Below, one piece after another: positions 40,547 to 49,641 of a stretch of DNA of 50,358 bases. Every line of letters starts with the position of its first letter. Positions within the stretch are counted from its first letter, which is position 1. The notes under the pieces were generated by a model, which did no database searches, was not told where the DNA came from, and saw only the letters and a program-made list of their open reading frames with translations. Position numbers and translations under genes: made by a program. The DNA comes from Acidimicrobiia bacterium (GTDB taxonomy: Bacteria; Actinomycetota; Acidimicrobiia; IMCC26256; PALSA-555), in assembly GCA_051986275.1 (NCBI GenBank), contig JBPYDT010000118.1, positions 1 through 50,358 of the forward strand, given 5' to 3'.

Positions 40547-41068
40547 TTACCGGCCGGCGCCCACCGCAGGGAGGGCCACCGAGGCCTCGACGCGCACGAC
40601 GTCGATCGCCATCGGGAACCCCGAGATGTCGCGGGGGCCGACGGGCACGGCGTCCGCCCACGGCGGCACGGCGTCCGCCAGCTCCGCCGTCGCGAGCAGC
40701 TCGCGGGGCTCCGCGGCGTCGCAGAGCCGGGCCGCGAGGTTGACCGGCCCGCCGATGTAGTCGTCGCCCTCGAAGAGGATCACGGGTCCCGCGGCGAGCC
40801 CGGCGCGCAACGGCAGGCGCACCCCGACCTCGTCGGCGCGTCCGGCGAGATGCAGGATCGATTCGACGGCGGGCTCGCGCGCCGTGCTGACGAACATCGC
40901 GCCGTCACCGAGCCACTTCGCGACCCGCACCCCGTAGCTCGACCCGATCTCGCGCACGACCCCGCGGAACCGGGTGAGCACGTCGACCGCGCGCTCGTCC
41001 CCGTGCCGGTTCGTGAAGTGCGTGAACCCGCAGAGGTCGGCGAACGCGAAGGTGCGCTGGACTCGCAT
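40547..41068 (-). CDS. Stand-alone class III adenylate cyclase domain protein
   Basis: FADLCGFT, KWLGDGAM, DYIGGPVNLAARL. Confidence 0.88.
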   Translation of the reverse strand: MRVQRTFAFADLCGFTHFTNRHGDERAVDVLTRFRGVVREIGSSYGVRVAKWLGDGAMFVSTAREPAVESILHLAGRADEVGVRLPLRAGLAAGPVILFEGDDYIGGPVNLAARLCDAAEPRELLATAELADAVPPWADAVPVGPRDISGFPMAIDVVRVEASVALPAVGAGR

Positions 41069-41087
41069 GCGTCCAGTCTCGCAGGCC

Positions 41088-41129
41088 GGCCCACGACATC
41101 TCGAACCAATTCGAGGTCGTTTACGGGCC
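41088..41129. other. Imperfect inverted repeat between the hydrolase and cyclase genes (terminator or operator)
   Basis: GGCCC-ACGAC-at-CTCGAA-ccaa-TTCGAG-GTCGT-ttac-GGGCC; no U-tract. Confidence 0.5.
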
Positions 41130-41131
41130 GT

Positions 41132-41812
41132 TCACGCGGGACGGCGGGCGCGATGTCGCTTCGGAAGAGATTGGACCCATGTGACAGAAGTCTCGGCGAC
41201 TTCGGCGAGCACGTCGTCGATCGTTCGGCCGCTCGACTTCAGCGGCCGGTATCCGTGGTCCGCGGACTCGAGCCAGTGCAGCGTCACTGGACCGGCCACG
41301 CGCTTGGTGGCGCGGGTCAGCTCGGCGCGCGGCGCGAGCGCGTCGCGCGTCCCGGAGAGGAAGCACACCGGCATCGTGAGCGCCCCGAAGTGTCCGTCGC
41401 GTCGGCGGTCGGGCCGCCCGGCGGGCTGCAACGGGTAGCCGAGCAGGAGCAGCCCGAGGGCGGGCAGCGGCTCGTCCGGGTCCGCAACGAGGAGGGACGC
41501 GACGCGCCCGCCCATCGACCGGCCGCCGAGGACCAGCCGCTCGGGCGGCAGCCCGGCGCGCCGGGCCAGCTCACGCGCCGCCTCGCGCGTCGCGGACGCG
41601 AGCACGGGCGGGCGGTCCGGCGCGCGCCGCCCCGCGGCGCGGTAGGGGTAGTCGAAGCGCAGTGACGGGATGCCCGCCGCGGCGAGCGCGTCCGCGACGG
41701 CCACGAGGGCGGGCGCGCGGCGATCGGCGCCGGCTCCGTGGGCGAGGAGCACGGCACGGTCCGCCTGGCGGCGAGGTCCCTGGTAGTCCACGGCGCGATC
41801 CTGCCCGCTCAT
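41132..41812 (-). CDS. Alpha/beta hydrolase (KANL3/Tex30-like)
   Basis: LLAHGAGA, GGRSMGGR, LGYPL, GTRDAL, ADH; ATGA overlap with the upstream gene. Confidence 0.88.
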   Translation of the reverse strand: MSGQDRAVDYQGPRRQADRAVLLAHGAGADRRAPALVAVADALAAAGIPSLRFDYPYRAAGRRAPDRPPVLASATREAARELARRAGLPPERLVLGGRSMGGRVASLLVADPDEPLPALGLLLLGYPLQPAGRPDRRRDGHFGALTMPVCFLSGTRDALAPRAELTRATKRVAGPVTLHWLESADHGYRPLKSSGRTIDDVLAEVAETSVTWVQSLPKRHRARRPA

Positions 41813-43608
41813 CGGTCGGCGACGTGGCGGCGGAGGAAGGCGTCGATGCGCTGGTATGAGTCCTCGATCGTGTCGGGGAGCCGCCAGCCGTGGCCCTCGC
41901 CGTCGTACAGGTGGCACTCGACCGTGCCGCCGACCGCGTCGACGGCGCGGACAAGCGCCTCGGCCTGCGCGACGGGCACGACCCGGTCGTCCCGGCCGTG
42001 GAGCACGAGCACCGGGACGCGGAGCCCCGCGGCGTGGGTCGCGGGCGAGCGGTCGCGGTAGCGCGCCGCGTCGCGCGGCAGCAGGCCGACGAGCCGGTCG
42101 AGGTAGCGCGACTCGAACCGGTGGGTGGTCGCGGCGAGGGCCGCGAGGTCGGTCACGCCGTACTGGCTCACCGCGGCGCGCACGAGGTCGGGGTGGCGAA
42201 CGCAGACCAGCAGGGCAGTGAGCGCGCCCGCGCTACCGCCGCTCACCACGACCCGGTCGGGGTCGCCCCACCCGCGGGCGGCCGCGGCACGGATCCCGGC
42301 CGCGACGTCCTCGACGTCGCGCTCACCCCACCGGCCGGCGAGCGCCTGCGCGTACGCGCGGCCGTACCCGGTGGACCCCGTCGGGTTCGGCGCGAGGACG
42401 GCCCAGCCGCGGCTGGTGAAGAAGGAGGCGGCGGGCCGCCACGCCGCGGTGGCCTGCCCGGTGGGCCCCCCGTGCACGTCGACGAGCAGCGGCGGGCGCG
42501 ACCCGGGCCTAGTACCGGTGGGCCGCCAGAGCAGTCCGGGGACCGTGGTCCCGTCGGTGCCCGGCCATGCCACCGGCTCGGGCTCGACGAGACCGACCGT
42601 CTCGAACCCGCCGACCGGCCCGCGGGCCACGACGCGCCGGCCGTCCGGCCCGAGCACCGTGACCGCCGACGGCGTGCGCCCCCCGGACCGCACCGCGACG
42701 ATCCCCGCCTGGCCCCAGTCGAGGCCGTGGTGCCAGCCGCGGGCGCGGGGCTGCGCGCCGTCGGGGCCGACGGTGACGAGCCGGCCGAAGCCGTCCTCGT
42801 TTCGCACCAACGCGACCGCCGACCCGTCAGGCGACCAGGCGAAGGACCGCTGCCCCGGACCCCACGGCGGCTCCGCCTGCTCGCGGGGCTCGGCGAGCAC
42901 CGGACGCGCATCGCGGCCCTCGCGGTCGACCGTCCACACGTTCCACCAGCCGTCCCGGTCGGTCACGAAGCCGAGCCGCGACCCGTCAGGCGACCAGCGC
43001 GGCTGCCCGACCGCCTCGTCCTCGCCGCCCGCGACGACACGCGACCCGTCGCCGATCGCGGCGACGACGATGCGGGACCCGTCCCACGGCATGTGCGGGA
43101 GGTCCCACTCGTGCCAGGCGACGAGTGCCCGGTCGGGCGACCACGCCGGGTCCCACGCGTAGTCCGCCGCGCTCAGCACCGTCGCCTCGCCGGGCTCCTC
43201 GAGTCCCACGACCGCCAGCTCGCAGCAGTCGTCGCCTTCGCGGACGAACGCCACGCGGCCCGGCACGGCGGGGCACGCCGGCGCGGCCGCCCGGCCGACC
43301 GCCGAGAGCGTCGTGGCGTCGGCGCCGTCACCCGCGACCGCCACGAGCCGACCGTCGGACGCGGCCACCACGAGGCGATCGGCGCCCGCCCACGTGTACG
43401 CGCCGCCGCCGTAGGCGCCCACCGACGCGACGGACGTGTCGGCGGTCACCACGATGGGTGGCCCCGAGCCGTCGGCCGCGGCGACCACGATGTCCGCCCG
43501 GCCGGCGAAGGCGTCCACCCACGCCAGGCGGCGACCGTCGGGCGACCACCGGGGCTCGGCGACCGTGCGAGAGCGAGCGAGCATCGCGGCCGACACCGGG
43601 GGCCCCAC
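41809..43608 (-). CDS. S9 family peptidase with beta-propeller (WSPDG) repeats
   Basis: WSPDG repeats, VHGGP, GSTGYG, GGSAG, HGRDDRVV, GEGHGW; start taken as GTG 43608 behind TACCGT. Confidence 0.9.
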   Translation of the reverse strand: MGPPVSAAMLARSRTVAEPRWSPDGRRLAWVDAFAGRADIVVAAADGSGPPIVVTADTSVASVGAYGGGAYTWAGADRLVVAASDGRLVAVAGDGADATTLSAVGRAAAPACPAVPGRVAFVREGDDCCELAVVGLEEPGEATVLSAADYAWDPAWSPDRALVAWHEWDLPHMPWDGSRIVVAAIGDGSRVVAGGEDEAVGQPRWSPDGSRLGFVTDRDGWWNVWTVDREGRDARPVLAEPREQAEPPWGPGQRSFAWSPDGSAVALVRNEDGFGRLVTVGPDGAQPRARGWHHGLDWGQAGIVAVRSGGRTPSAVTVLGPDGRRVVARGPVGGFETVGLVEPEPVAWPGTDGTTVPGLLWRPTGTRPGSRPPLLVDVHGGPTGQATAAWRPAASFFTSRGWAVLAPNPTGSTGYGRAYAQALAGRWGERDVEDVAAGIRAAAARGWGDPDRVVVSGGSAGALTALLVCVRHPDLVRAAVSQYGVTDLAALAATTHRFESRYLDRLVGLLPRDAARYRDRSPATHAAGLRVPVLVLHGRDDRVVPVAQAEALVRAVDAVGGTVECHLYDGEGHGWRLPDTIEDSYQRIDAFLRRHVADR

Positions 43609-43648
43609 AGGAGTCTGACGGTATTCGGCCGATAGGCTCGCCCCCCTC

Positions 43649-44917
43649 ATGCCCGCCCCGGAGCGCCTGCGCATCGCGTATCTCGTGTACCGGGGGAACC
43701 CCCACTGCGGCGGGCAGGGCGTGTACACGCGGGAGCTGGTCCGGGAGCTCACCGCGCTCGGCCACGAGGTGACGGTGCTGTCCGGGCCGCCCTACCCCGA
43801 CCTGGCCGACCCGACCCAGCTCGTCCGGGTGCCGAGCCTCGACCTCTACCGGCCCTCCAACCCCTTCCGGGTCCCGTGGCCCCACGAGTTGCGCACCACG
43901 ATCGACGTCCGCGAGCTGGCCATCATGTGCGCCGCCGGGTTCCCCGAGCCGTACACGTTCAGCCTCCGGGCCCGGCGGCTGCTCACCGAGCGTCGAGGCG
44001 ACTTCGACCTGGTCCACGACAACCAGTGCCTCGGCCGCGGCCTCGTGCCGATGATGGAGCGGGACGGCTGGCCGGTGCTCGCCACGCTGCACCACCCGAT
44101 CACGGTCGACCGTGACCTCGACCTGGCGCACACCCGCAGCCCGCTGCGACGCCTCACCCTCCACCGCTGGTACGGGTTCCTCCACATGCAGATGGAGGTC
44201 GCCCGGCGCATCCCCCGCCTGGTCACGGTGTCGGAATCGTCCAAGCGCGACATCGCCGACCAGATGGGGGTCGACCCGGCGCGGCTCCACATCGTCCCGG
44301 TCGGCGTGGACCCCGTCGTGTTTCGGCCGCTCCCGGGCGTGGCCCGCGTCCCGGGTCGGATCATGACCACCGCCAGCGCCGACGTGCCGATGAAGGGCCT
44401 GGTCCACCTGCTCGACGCGCTGGCCAAGCTGCGGACCGAACGCCATGACGCGCACCTCGTGGTGATCGGGCGCCCAAAGCCCAAGAGCCCCATCCCTCGA
44501 CGGATCGAGCAGCTCGGTCTCGCGGACGCGGTCACGTTCGTGAGCGGCGTGACCACCGAGGACATCGTCGAGCGCTACGCGCAGGCCCAGGTGGCGTGCG
44601 TGCCGTCCCTCTACGAGGGGTTCTCGCTCCCGGCCGTCGAGGCGATGGCCTGCGCCGTCCCCGTCGTCGGCACGACCGGTGGCGCGGTGCCGGAGGTCAT
44701 CGGACGCGACGGCGACACGGGCCTGCTCGTCCCGCCGGCCGACCCCTCGGCGCTCGCCGCGGCGCTCGGCCGGGCCCTCGACGACGCGGCGCTCCGCGAC
44801 CGGATCGGCGCCGCGGGGCGGAAACGCGTCCTGGCCCGCTTCACCTGGCGGCGCACCGCCGAGGGGACGGTCGACCAGTACCGGGCGCTGCTCGAGGAGC
44901 ACGCCCGGCCGTGCTGA
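43649..44917 (+). CDS. GT4 glycosyltransferase
   Basis: GGQGVY, HDNQCLG, KGL, PSLYEGFSLPAVEAMAC. Confidence 0.93.
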   Translation: MPAPERLRIAYLVYRGNPHCGGQGVYTRELVRELTALGHEVTVLSGPPYPDLADPTQLVRVPSLDLYRPSNPFRVPWPHELRTTIDVRELAIMCAAGFPEPYTFSLRARRLLTERRGDFDLVHDNQCLGRGLVPMMERDGWPVLATLHHPITVDRDLDLAHTRSPLRRLTLHRWYGFLHMQMEVARRIPRLVTVSESSKRDIADQMGVDPARLHIVPVGVDPVVFRPLPGVARVPGRIMTTASADVPMKGLVHLLDALAKLRTERHDAHLVVIGRPKPKSPIPRRIEQLGLADAVTFVSGVTTEDIVERYAQAQVACVPSLYEGFSLPAVEAMACAVPVVGTTGGAVPEVIGRDGDTGLLVPPADPSALAAALGRALDDAALRDRIGAAGRKRVLARFTWRRTAEGTVDQYRALLEEHARPC

Positions 44918-45630
44918 CCGTCGACTTCGAGCGGCTCGACCTGCGCCCCGGCTCCCGGGTCCTCGACCTGGGCTGCGGCGGCGGCCGGCACGCCTTCGAG
45001 GCGTGGCGCCGCGGCGCGACGGTCGTGGCCCTCGACCGGTCGGAAGGTGAGCTGAAGGACGCCCGCGCCGTCGTCGGCGGGATGCTCGCCGCCGGCGAGC
45101 TCGCCGCCGGGGCACCGGGCGGCGTCGTGAACGGCGACGCGCTCGCGCTGCCGATGCCCGACGGCGTGTTCGACGCGGTGATCGCCTCGGAGGTGCTCGA
45201 GCACGTCTGGGACGACCGCGGCGCGCTCGCCGAGCTCGTCCGCGTGCTGCGCCCGGGCGGCCGCCTCGCCGTCACCGTGCCGACCCGCTGGCCCGAGCGG
45301 GTGTGCTGGGCGCTCGACTACCGCTACCACGACACGCCGGGCGGGCACGTGCGCATCTACCGCCAGCACGAGCTCGAGGCCAAGATCGAGGCCGCCGGCT
45401 GTTGGCTGCGCGGCTCGCACCACGCGCACGCGCTCCACTCGCCGTACTGGTGGTTGAAGTGCGCGACGGGCGTGCACCGCGTCGACCCCCCGTGGGCCGT
45501 CCGCCGCTACCACGACCAGCTCGCGCGGCAGATCGCGGGCCGCGCCCCGCTCCTCGCCGCGCTCGAGCGGGCGCTGAACCCGGTGTTGGGCAAGAGCGTG
45601 GTCGTCTACGCCCAGCGGTGCGAGCCGTGA
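44911..45630 (+). CDS. Class I SAM-dependent methyltransferase
   Basis: GTG 44911 overlaps the GT4 end; VLDLGCGGGRH, SEVLEH, RVLRPGG. Confidence 0.9.
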   Translation: MLTVDFERLDLRPGSRVLDLGCGGGRHAFEAWRRGATVVALDRSEGELKDARAVVGGMLAAGELAAGAPGGVVNGDALALPMPDGVFDAVIASEVLEHVWDDRGALAELVRVLRPGGRLAVTVPTRWPERVCWALDYRYHDTPGGHVRIYRQHELEAKIEAAGCWLRGSHHAHALHSPYWWLKCATGVHRVDPPWAVRRYHDQLARQIAGRAPLLAALERALNPVLGKSVVVYAQRCEP

Positions 45631-46745
45631 GCCCGCGTCCGCCGCTGCCGGCGGTCGAGGGGATCCTGACCGTCGGCGACGTCAGCGCGACGGTCGACGC
45701 CATCGTCGCCATCCAGCAGCCCGACGGGCACATCCCGTGGAGCGTCGGCGACCACACCGATCCGTGGAACCTGATCGAGGCGGCCATGGCGCTCGACGTC
45801 GGGTACCGGCACGCCGCGGCGGAGCGCGCGTACGAATGGCTGCGTGAGATGCAGCGCCCCGACGGCTGCTGGCACGCCTACTACGTCGGCCGGGCGGTGA
45901 AGGACCCGGCGCTCGACACGAACGTCACCTCCTACATCGCCAACGGCGTCTGGCACCACTACCTCGCGACGGGCGACACGGCGTTCCTCGAGGAGTTCTG
46001 GCCGGTGGTCGAGACGGCCATCGACTTCGCGCTCGGCCTCCAGACCGAGACCGGCGAGATCGCGTGGCGCGGCGACCAGCCCGCCGACGGCGCGCTGCTG
46101 ACCGGCTCGTCGAGCATCCACGCCAGCGTGCGGTGCGCGATCGCGATCGCCGAGCGCCTCGACCACGAACGGCCCGACTGGGAGCTGTCCCTCGGCGCGC
46201 TCGCCATCGCGGTCGCGCACCGCCCGGACGCGTTCCTCGACAAGGCCCGCTGGGCGATGGACTGGTACTACCCGATCCTCGGCGGCGTGCTCCGCGGCCA
46301 CTCGGCCCACGCCCGGGCCGCCGCGCAGTGGGACCGCTTCGTGGTCGACGGGCGCGGCGTGCGCTGCGTGTCCGACCGGCCCTGGGTCACGGCCGCCGAG
46401 ACGTGCGAGCTCGTGATGGCCCTGGACGCGATCGGGCTCGACGCGAAGGCGCGGCAGCTCTTCGGGTGGGTGCAGTTCCTCCGCGCCGACGAGGGCGGCT
46501 ACTGGACCGGCGCCAACTTCGACGACGGGCGCTTCGCCGAGGACGGCGAGCTGTTCCCCGTCGAGCAGCCGAGCTGGAACTCGGCCGCCGTCGTGCTCGC
46601 GGCCAACGCGCTCGGCGGGTCCGGCCCGACGGCCGGGTTGTTCCGGGGCGAGGGCCTCCCGGTCGGACTGACGGCCGACGAGCTCATCGAGGCGGGCGCG
46701 GAGATCGAGCGCGAGCTCGCGGCCCGAGAGCCGCGGGCGGAGTAG
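45627..46745 (+). CDS. (alpha/alpha)-barrel protein of the prenyltransferase/squalene-cyclase-repeat type
   Basis: GTGA coupling; QW-like repeats QQPDGHIPW, QRPDGCW, QTETGEIAW; also DPWNLIE, MDWYYP, WVTAAETCE. Confidence 0.75.
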   Translation: MSPRPPLPAVEGILTVGDVSATVDAIVAIQQPDGHIPWSVGDHTDPWNLIEAAMALDVGYRHAAAERAYEWLREMQRPDGCWHAYYVGRAVKDPALDTNVTSYIANGVWHHYLATGDTAFLEEFWPVVETAIDFALGLQTETGEIAWRGDQPADGALLTGSSSIHASVRCAIAIAERLDHERPDWELSLGALAIAVAHRPDAFLDKARWAMDWYYPILGGVLRGHSAHARAAAQWDRFVVDGRGVRCVSDRPWVTAAETCELVMALDAIGLDAKARQLFGWVQFLRADEGGYWTGANFDDGRFAEDGELFPVEQPSWNSAAVVLAANALGGSGPTAGLFRGEGLPVGLTADELIEAGAEIERELAAREPRAE

Positions 46746-46746
46746 C

Positions 46747-47358
46747 TCAGCGCCGCAGCACGCGCAGCGACCCCGTCGTCGACGCCGGCGTGAACCCGTC
46801 GGCGGCGGCGCGCTGCCACACCCGGAACGGCGCCTGCCCGCCGTCGGCCGGGTCCTCGAACACGTCGTGGAACACGAGGACGCCGTCGGGCGCGACGTGG
46901 GGCGCCCAGCTCTCGTAGTCGGCGAGGGCCACGTCGTAGGCGTGGCCGCCGTCGATGAACACGAGGCCGAGCGGCGTCGCCCAGTGCCGCCCGACGGTCG
47001 GCGAGTTGCCGACGATCGCCACGACGACGTCCTCCAGGCCGGCGGCCGCGATCGTGCGGCGGAACGCGGGCAGCGTGTCGAGCCGGCCGGTCGCCGGGTC
47101 GACGAGCCGCTCGTCGTGCCACTCCCAGCCCGGCTGGTTCTCCTCGGACCCGCGGTGGTGGTCGACGGTGTAGACGACGGTCCCGCCGGCACGCGCCGCC
47201 GCGCCGAGGTAGATCGCCGACTTCCCGCAGTAGGTGCCGATCTCGAGCAGCGGGCCCGCCGCCGTCGCGGCCCGCCCGGCGTCGTGCAGGGCGAGCCCCT
47301 CGTCGTCGGGCATGAACCCGATCGCGGTGCGGGCGTGCTCGAGCAAGGTCGGGTCCAT
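46747..47358 (-). CDS. Class I SAM-dependent methyltransferase (Methyltransf_24-like)
   Basis: GFMPDDEG, LEIGTYCGKS, VDHHRGSEE, FIDGGH, FHDVF. Confidence 0.9.
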   Translation of the reverse strand: MDPTLLEHARTAIGFMPDDEGLALHDAGRAATAAGPLLEIGTYCGKSAIYLGAAARAGGTVVYTVDHHRGSEENQPGWEWHDERLVDPATGRLDTLPAFRRTIAAAGLEDVVVAIVGNSPTVGRHWATPLGLVFIDGGHAYDVALADYESWAPHVAPDGVLVFHDVFEDPADGGQAPFRVWQRAAADGFTPASTTGSLRVLRR

Positions 47359-47424
47359 CGGCGCGGCGCCCACGGTACCGGGCGCGCCCGGCTGCTACGT
47401 TCCGCGCGCGACGAGGAGGACGCC

Positions 47425-47793
47425 ATGCGCGCGGGAGACGTCGTCGCCCAGCTGATCAAGGCCAACGAGGACCGGGACATCGACGCGCTGTGCGCCGTGC
47501 TCACCGACGACGTCGAGTACGAGAACGTCGGCATGGGCGTCTGCCACGGGCCCGACGAGGTGCGGGCCCTGCTCGGCGGGTTCTACGCCGGCGCCGAGCG
47601 GGTGAAGTGGGACGTGCTCGCCCAGCTCGAGCAGGACCGCACGGTCATGAACGAGCGGGTCGACCACTTCTTCATGCCCGGCGGCAAGCAGGTCGACGTG
47701 CGGGTCGCGGGCTACTTCGAGGTGGTCGGCGACAAGGTGCGGCGCTGGCGCGACTACTTCGACACCAGCGCGATGATGCGCGACCTCGCCTGA
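47425..47793 (+). CDS. Limonene-1,2-epoxide hydrolase family (NTF2/SnoaL fold)
   Basis: YENV, VMNERVD, WRDYFD; GAGGAGG RBS. Confidence 0.88.
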   Translation: MRAGDVVAQLIKANEDRDIDALCAVLTDDVEYENVGMGVCHGPDEVRALLGGFYAGAERVKWDVLAQLEQDRTVMNERVDHFFMPGGKQVDVRVAGYFEVVGDKVRRWRDYFDTSAMMRDLA

Positions 47794-47797
47794 GCCG

Positions 47798-48562
47798 TCA
47801 CCGCGGTGGGGGCACCTTGCCGCGGAACTGGCCGGTGCCGGCGGTGACGCCCCCGTCGACGGGGAAGGCAACCCCGGTCACGAACGAGGCATCGTCGCTC
47901 AGCAAGAAGGCGACCGCGGCGGCGATCTCGTCGGGCTCCCCGAAGCGGCCCATGGGGATGTGCGTGCGCATCTCCTCGTACAGCTCGGGAGCGTGGCGCT
48001 CGAGCGGCCCGGTCATCCCGGTCCCCCGGATCCCGCCCGGGCACACCGCGTTGATGCGAATCCCCTCAGGTGCGAGGTCGAGGGCGACGCTGCGCACGAG
48101 GTTCACCACGGCGCCCTTCGACGCGTTGTAGGCGAACAGACCGGAGTCACCGCCGAGGCCCGAGACCGACGCGGTCACGACGATGCGCCCGCCCCCGGTG
48201 GCGCGCAGCGCGGGCAGCGCCGCGCGCAGGCCGAGCACCACGCCGCGGAGGTTGACCGACAGCACCCGGTCGAAGCCGTCCATCGTCTCGACGTCGAGCT
48301 CGCCGCGGGACGCGACGCCGGCGTTGAGGACCAGCCCGTCGAGGTGGCCGAAGCGGTCGCCCGCGGCCTGGACCATCGCGGCGTTGCCCTGCTCGGTGAC
48401 GATGTCGGCGGCGACGGTCACGACGTCCGCCGGGAACCCGTCGAGCCCGCCGGCGCGCGCGTCGACCGCGACGACCGACCAGCCGTCGCGGGCGAGCCGC
48501 GTTGCGGTCGCGCGTCCGATGCCCGACGCCGCGCCCGTCACCGCCGCGACCCGGTCCGCCAC
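47798..48562 (-). CDS. Short-chain dehydrogenase/reductase
   Basis: [26 protein letters not shown]. Confidence 0.95.
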   Translation of the reverse strand: MADRVAAVTGAASGIGRATATRLARDGWSVVAVDARAGGLDGFPADVVTVAADIVTEQGNAAMVQAAGDRFGHLDGLVLNAGVASRGELDVETMDGFDRVLSVNLRGVVLGLRAALPALRATGGGRIVVTASVSGLGGDSGLFAYNASKGAVVNLVRSVALDLAPEGIRINAVCPGGIRGTGMTGPLERHAPELYEEMRTHIPMGRFGEPDEIAAAVAFLLSDDASFVTGVAFPVDGGVTAGTGQFRGKVPPPR

Positions 48563-48650
48563 GGCCGGAACCTACCGCGGGTCGCCCGGCGCCCTTCCCG
48601 GCGGGGCCGGGTACCCTCTAGGCCCGATCGCGTGACCGGAGGAACACCTC

Positions 48651-49640
48651 ATGGAGCAGCGAGAGGCCCCCGACCGCAACCTGGCGATGGACCTCGCCCG
48701 GGTGACCGAGGCGGCCGCGCTGGCCGCGGGCCGCTGGGTGGGGCGGGGCGACAAGGAGTCGGCCGACCAGGCGGCGGTCGACGCCATGCGGCTCGTGCTC
48801 AACACCGTCCCGATGGACGGCGTGGTGGTCATCGGGGAGGGCGAGAAGGACGAGGCCCCGATGCTCTTCAACGGGGAGGCGATCGGCGCGGGCAACGGGC
48901 CGACGACCGACATCGCCGTCGACCCGATCGACGGGACGACGCTCACGTCGCTCGGCCGCAACCACGCCGTGTCGGTCATCGCGCTCGCCCAGCGGGGCGA
49001 GATGTTCGACCCGGGGCCGTGCTTCTACATGGAGAAGATCGCCGTCGGCGCCGAGGCCGTCGACCTCATCGACCTCGAGGCGCCCGTGAAGACGAACCTC
49101 GAGGCCGTGGCGAAGGCCCGCGGGGAGCAGGTCAAGGACGTGACGGCGGTGATCCTGGACCGCGACCGCCACGCCGACCTGATCCGCGAGTGCCGAGAGG
49201 CCGGGGCCCGTATCCGGCTCATCCCCGACGGCGACGTGATGGGGGCGCTCGCCACCGGCTGGCCCGACACCGGCTACGACATCCTCTTCGGGATCGGCGG
49301 CACGCCCGAGGGGGTCATCGCGGCCTGCGCGCTGAAGGCGCTCGGCGGCGAGATCCAGGGCCGGCTCTACCCGCGCAACGACGACGAGCGGCGGGCCGCC
49401 CTCGACCGGGGCTACGACCTCGACAAGATCCTCCACACCGACGACCTGGTGGGCGGCGAGGACGTCTTCTTCGCCGCCACGGGCGTGACCGACGGGGACC
49501 TGCTGAAGGGCGTCCGCTACCGGGGCGACGGCGCCACGACGGAGTCGCTCGTCATGCGGGCCAAGAGCGGCACCATCCGGCGCATCCAGGCGAACCACAT
49601 GTGGCACAAGCTGATGCGCTACTCGTCGCTGCAGTACTGA
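48651..49640 (+). CDS. glpX: Class II fructose-1,6-bisphosphatase
   Basis: [49 protein letters not shown]. Confidence 0.97.
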   Translation: MEQREAPDRNLAMDLARVTEAAALAAGRWVGRGDKESADQAAVDAMRLVLNTVPMDGVVVIGEGEKDEAPMLFNGEAIGAGNGPTTDIAVDPIDGTTLTSLGRNHAVSVIALAQRGEMFDPGPCFYMEKIAVGAEAVDLIDLEAPVKTNLEAVAKARGEQVKDVTAVILDRDRHADLIRECREAGARIRLIPDGDVMGALATGWPDTGYDILFGIGGTPEGVIAACALKALGGEIQGRLYPRNDDERRAALDRGYDLDKILHTDDLVGGEDVFFAATGVTDGDLLKGVRYRGDGATTESLVMRAKSGTIRRIQANHMWHKLMRYSSLQY

Positions 49641-49641
49641 G

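Noticed and set aside
41101-41114. TCGAACCAATTCGA as a LexA/SOS box
   Set aside because: The actinobacterial box is TCGAAC-N4-GTTCGA; here the spacer is 2 nt and the right half is mismatched.
43628-43635. GCCGATAG upstream of GT4 as a second sigma28 promoter
   Set aside because: No matching -35 element; better explained by the overlapping TAGGCT -10.
45627-46745. Squalene-hopene cyclase / hopanoid cluster
   Set aside because: Too short (372 aa), no DXDD motif and no hpn genes nearby.
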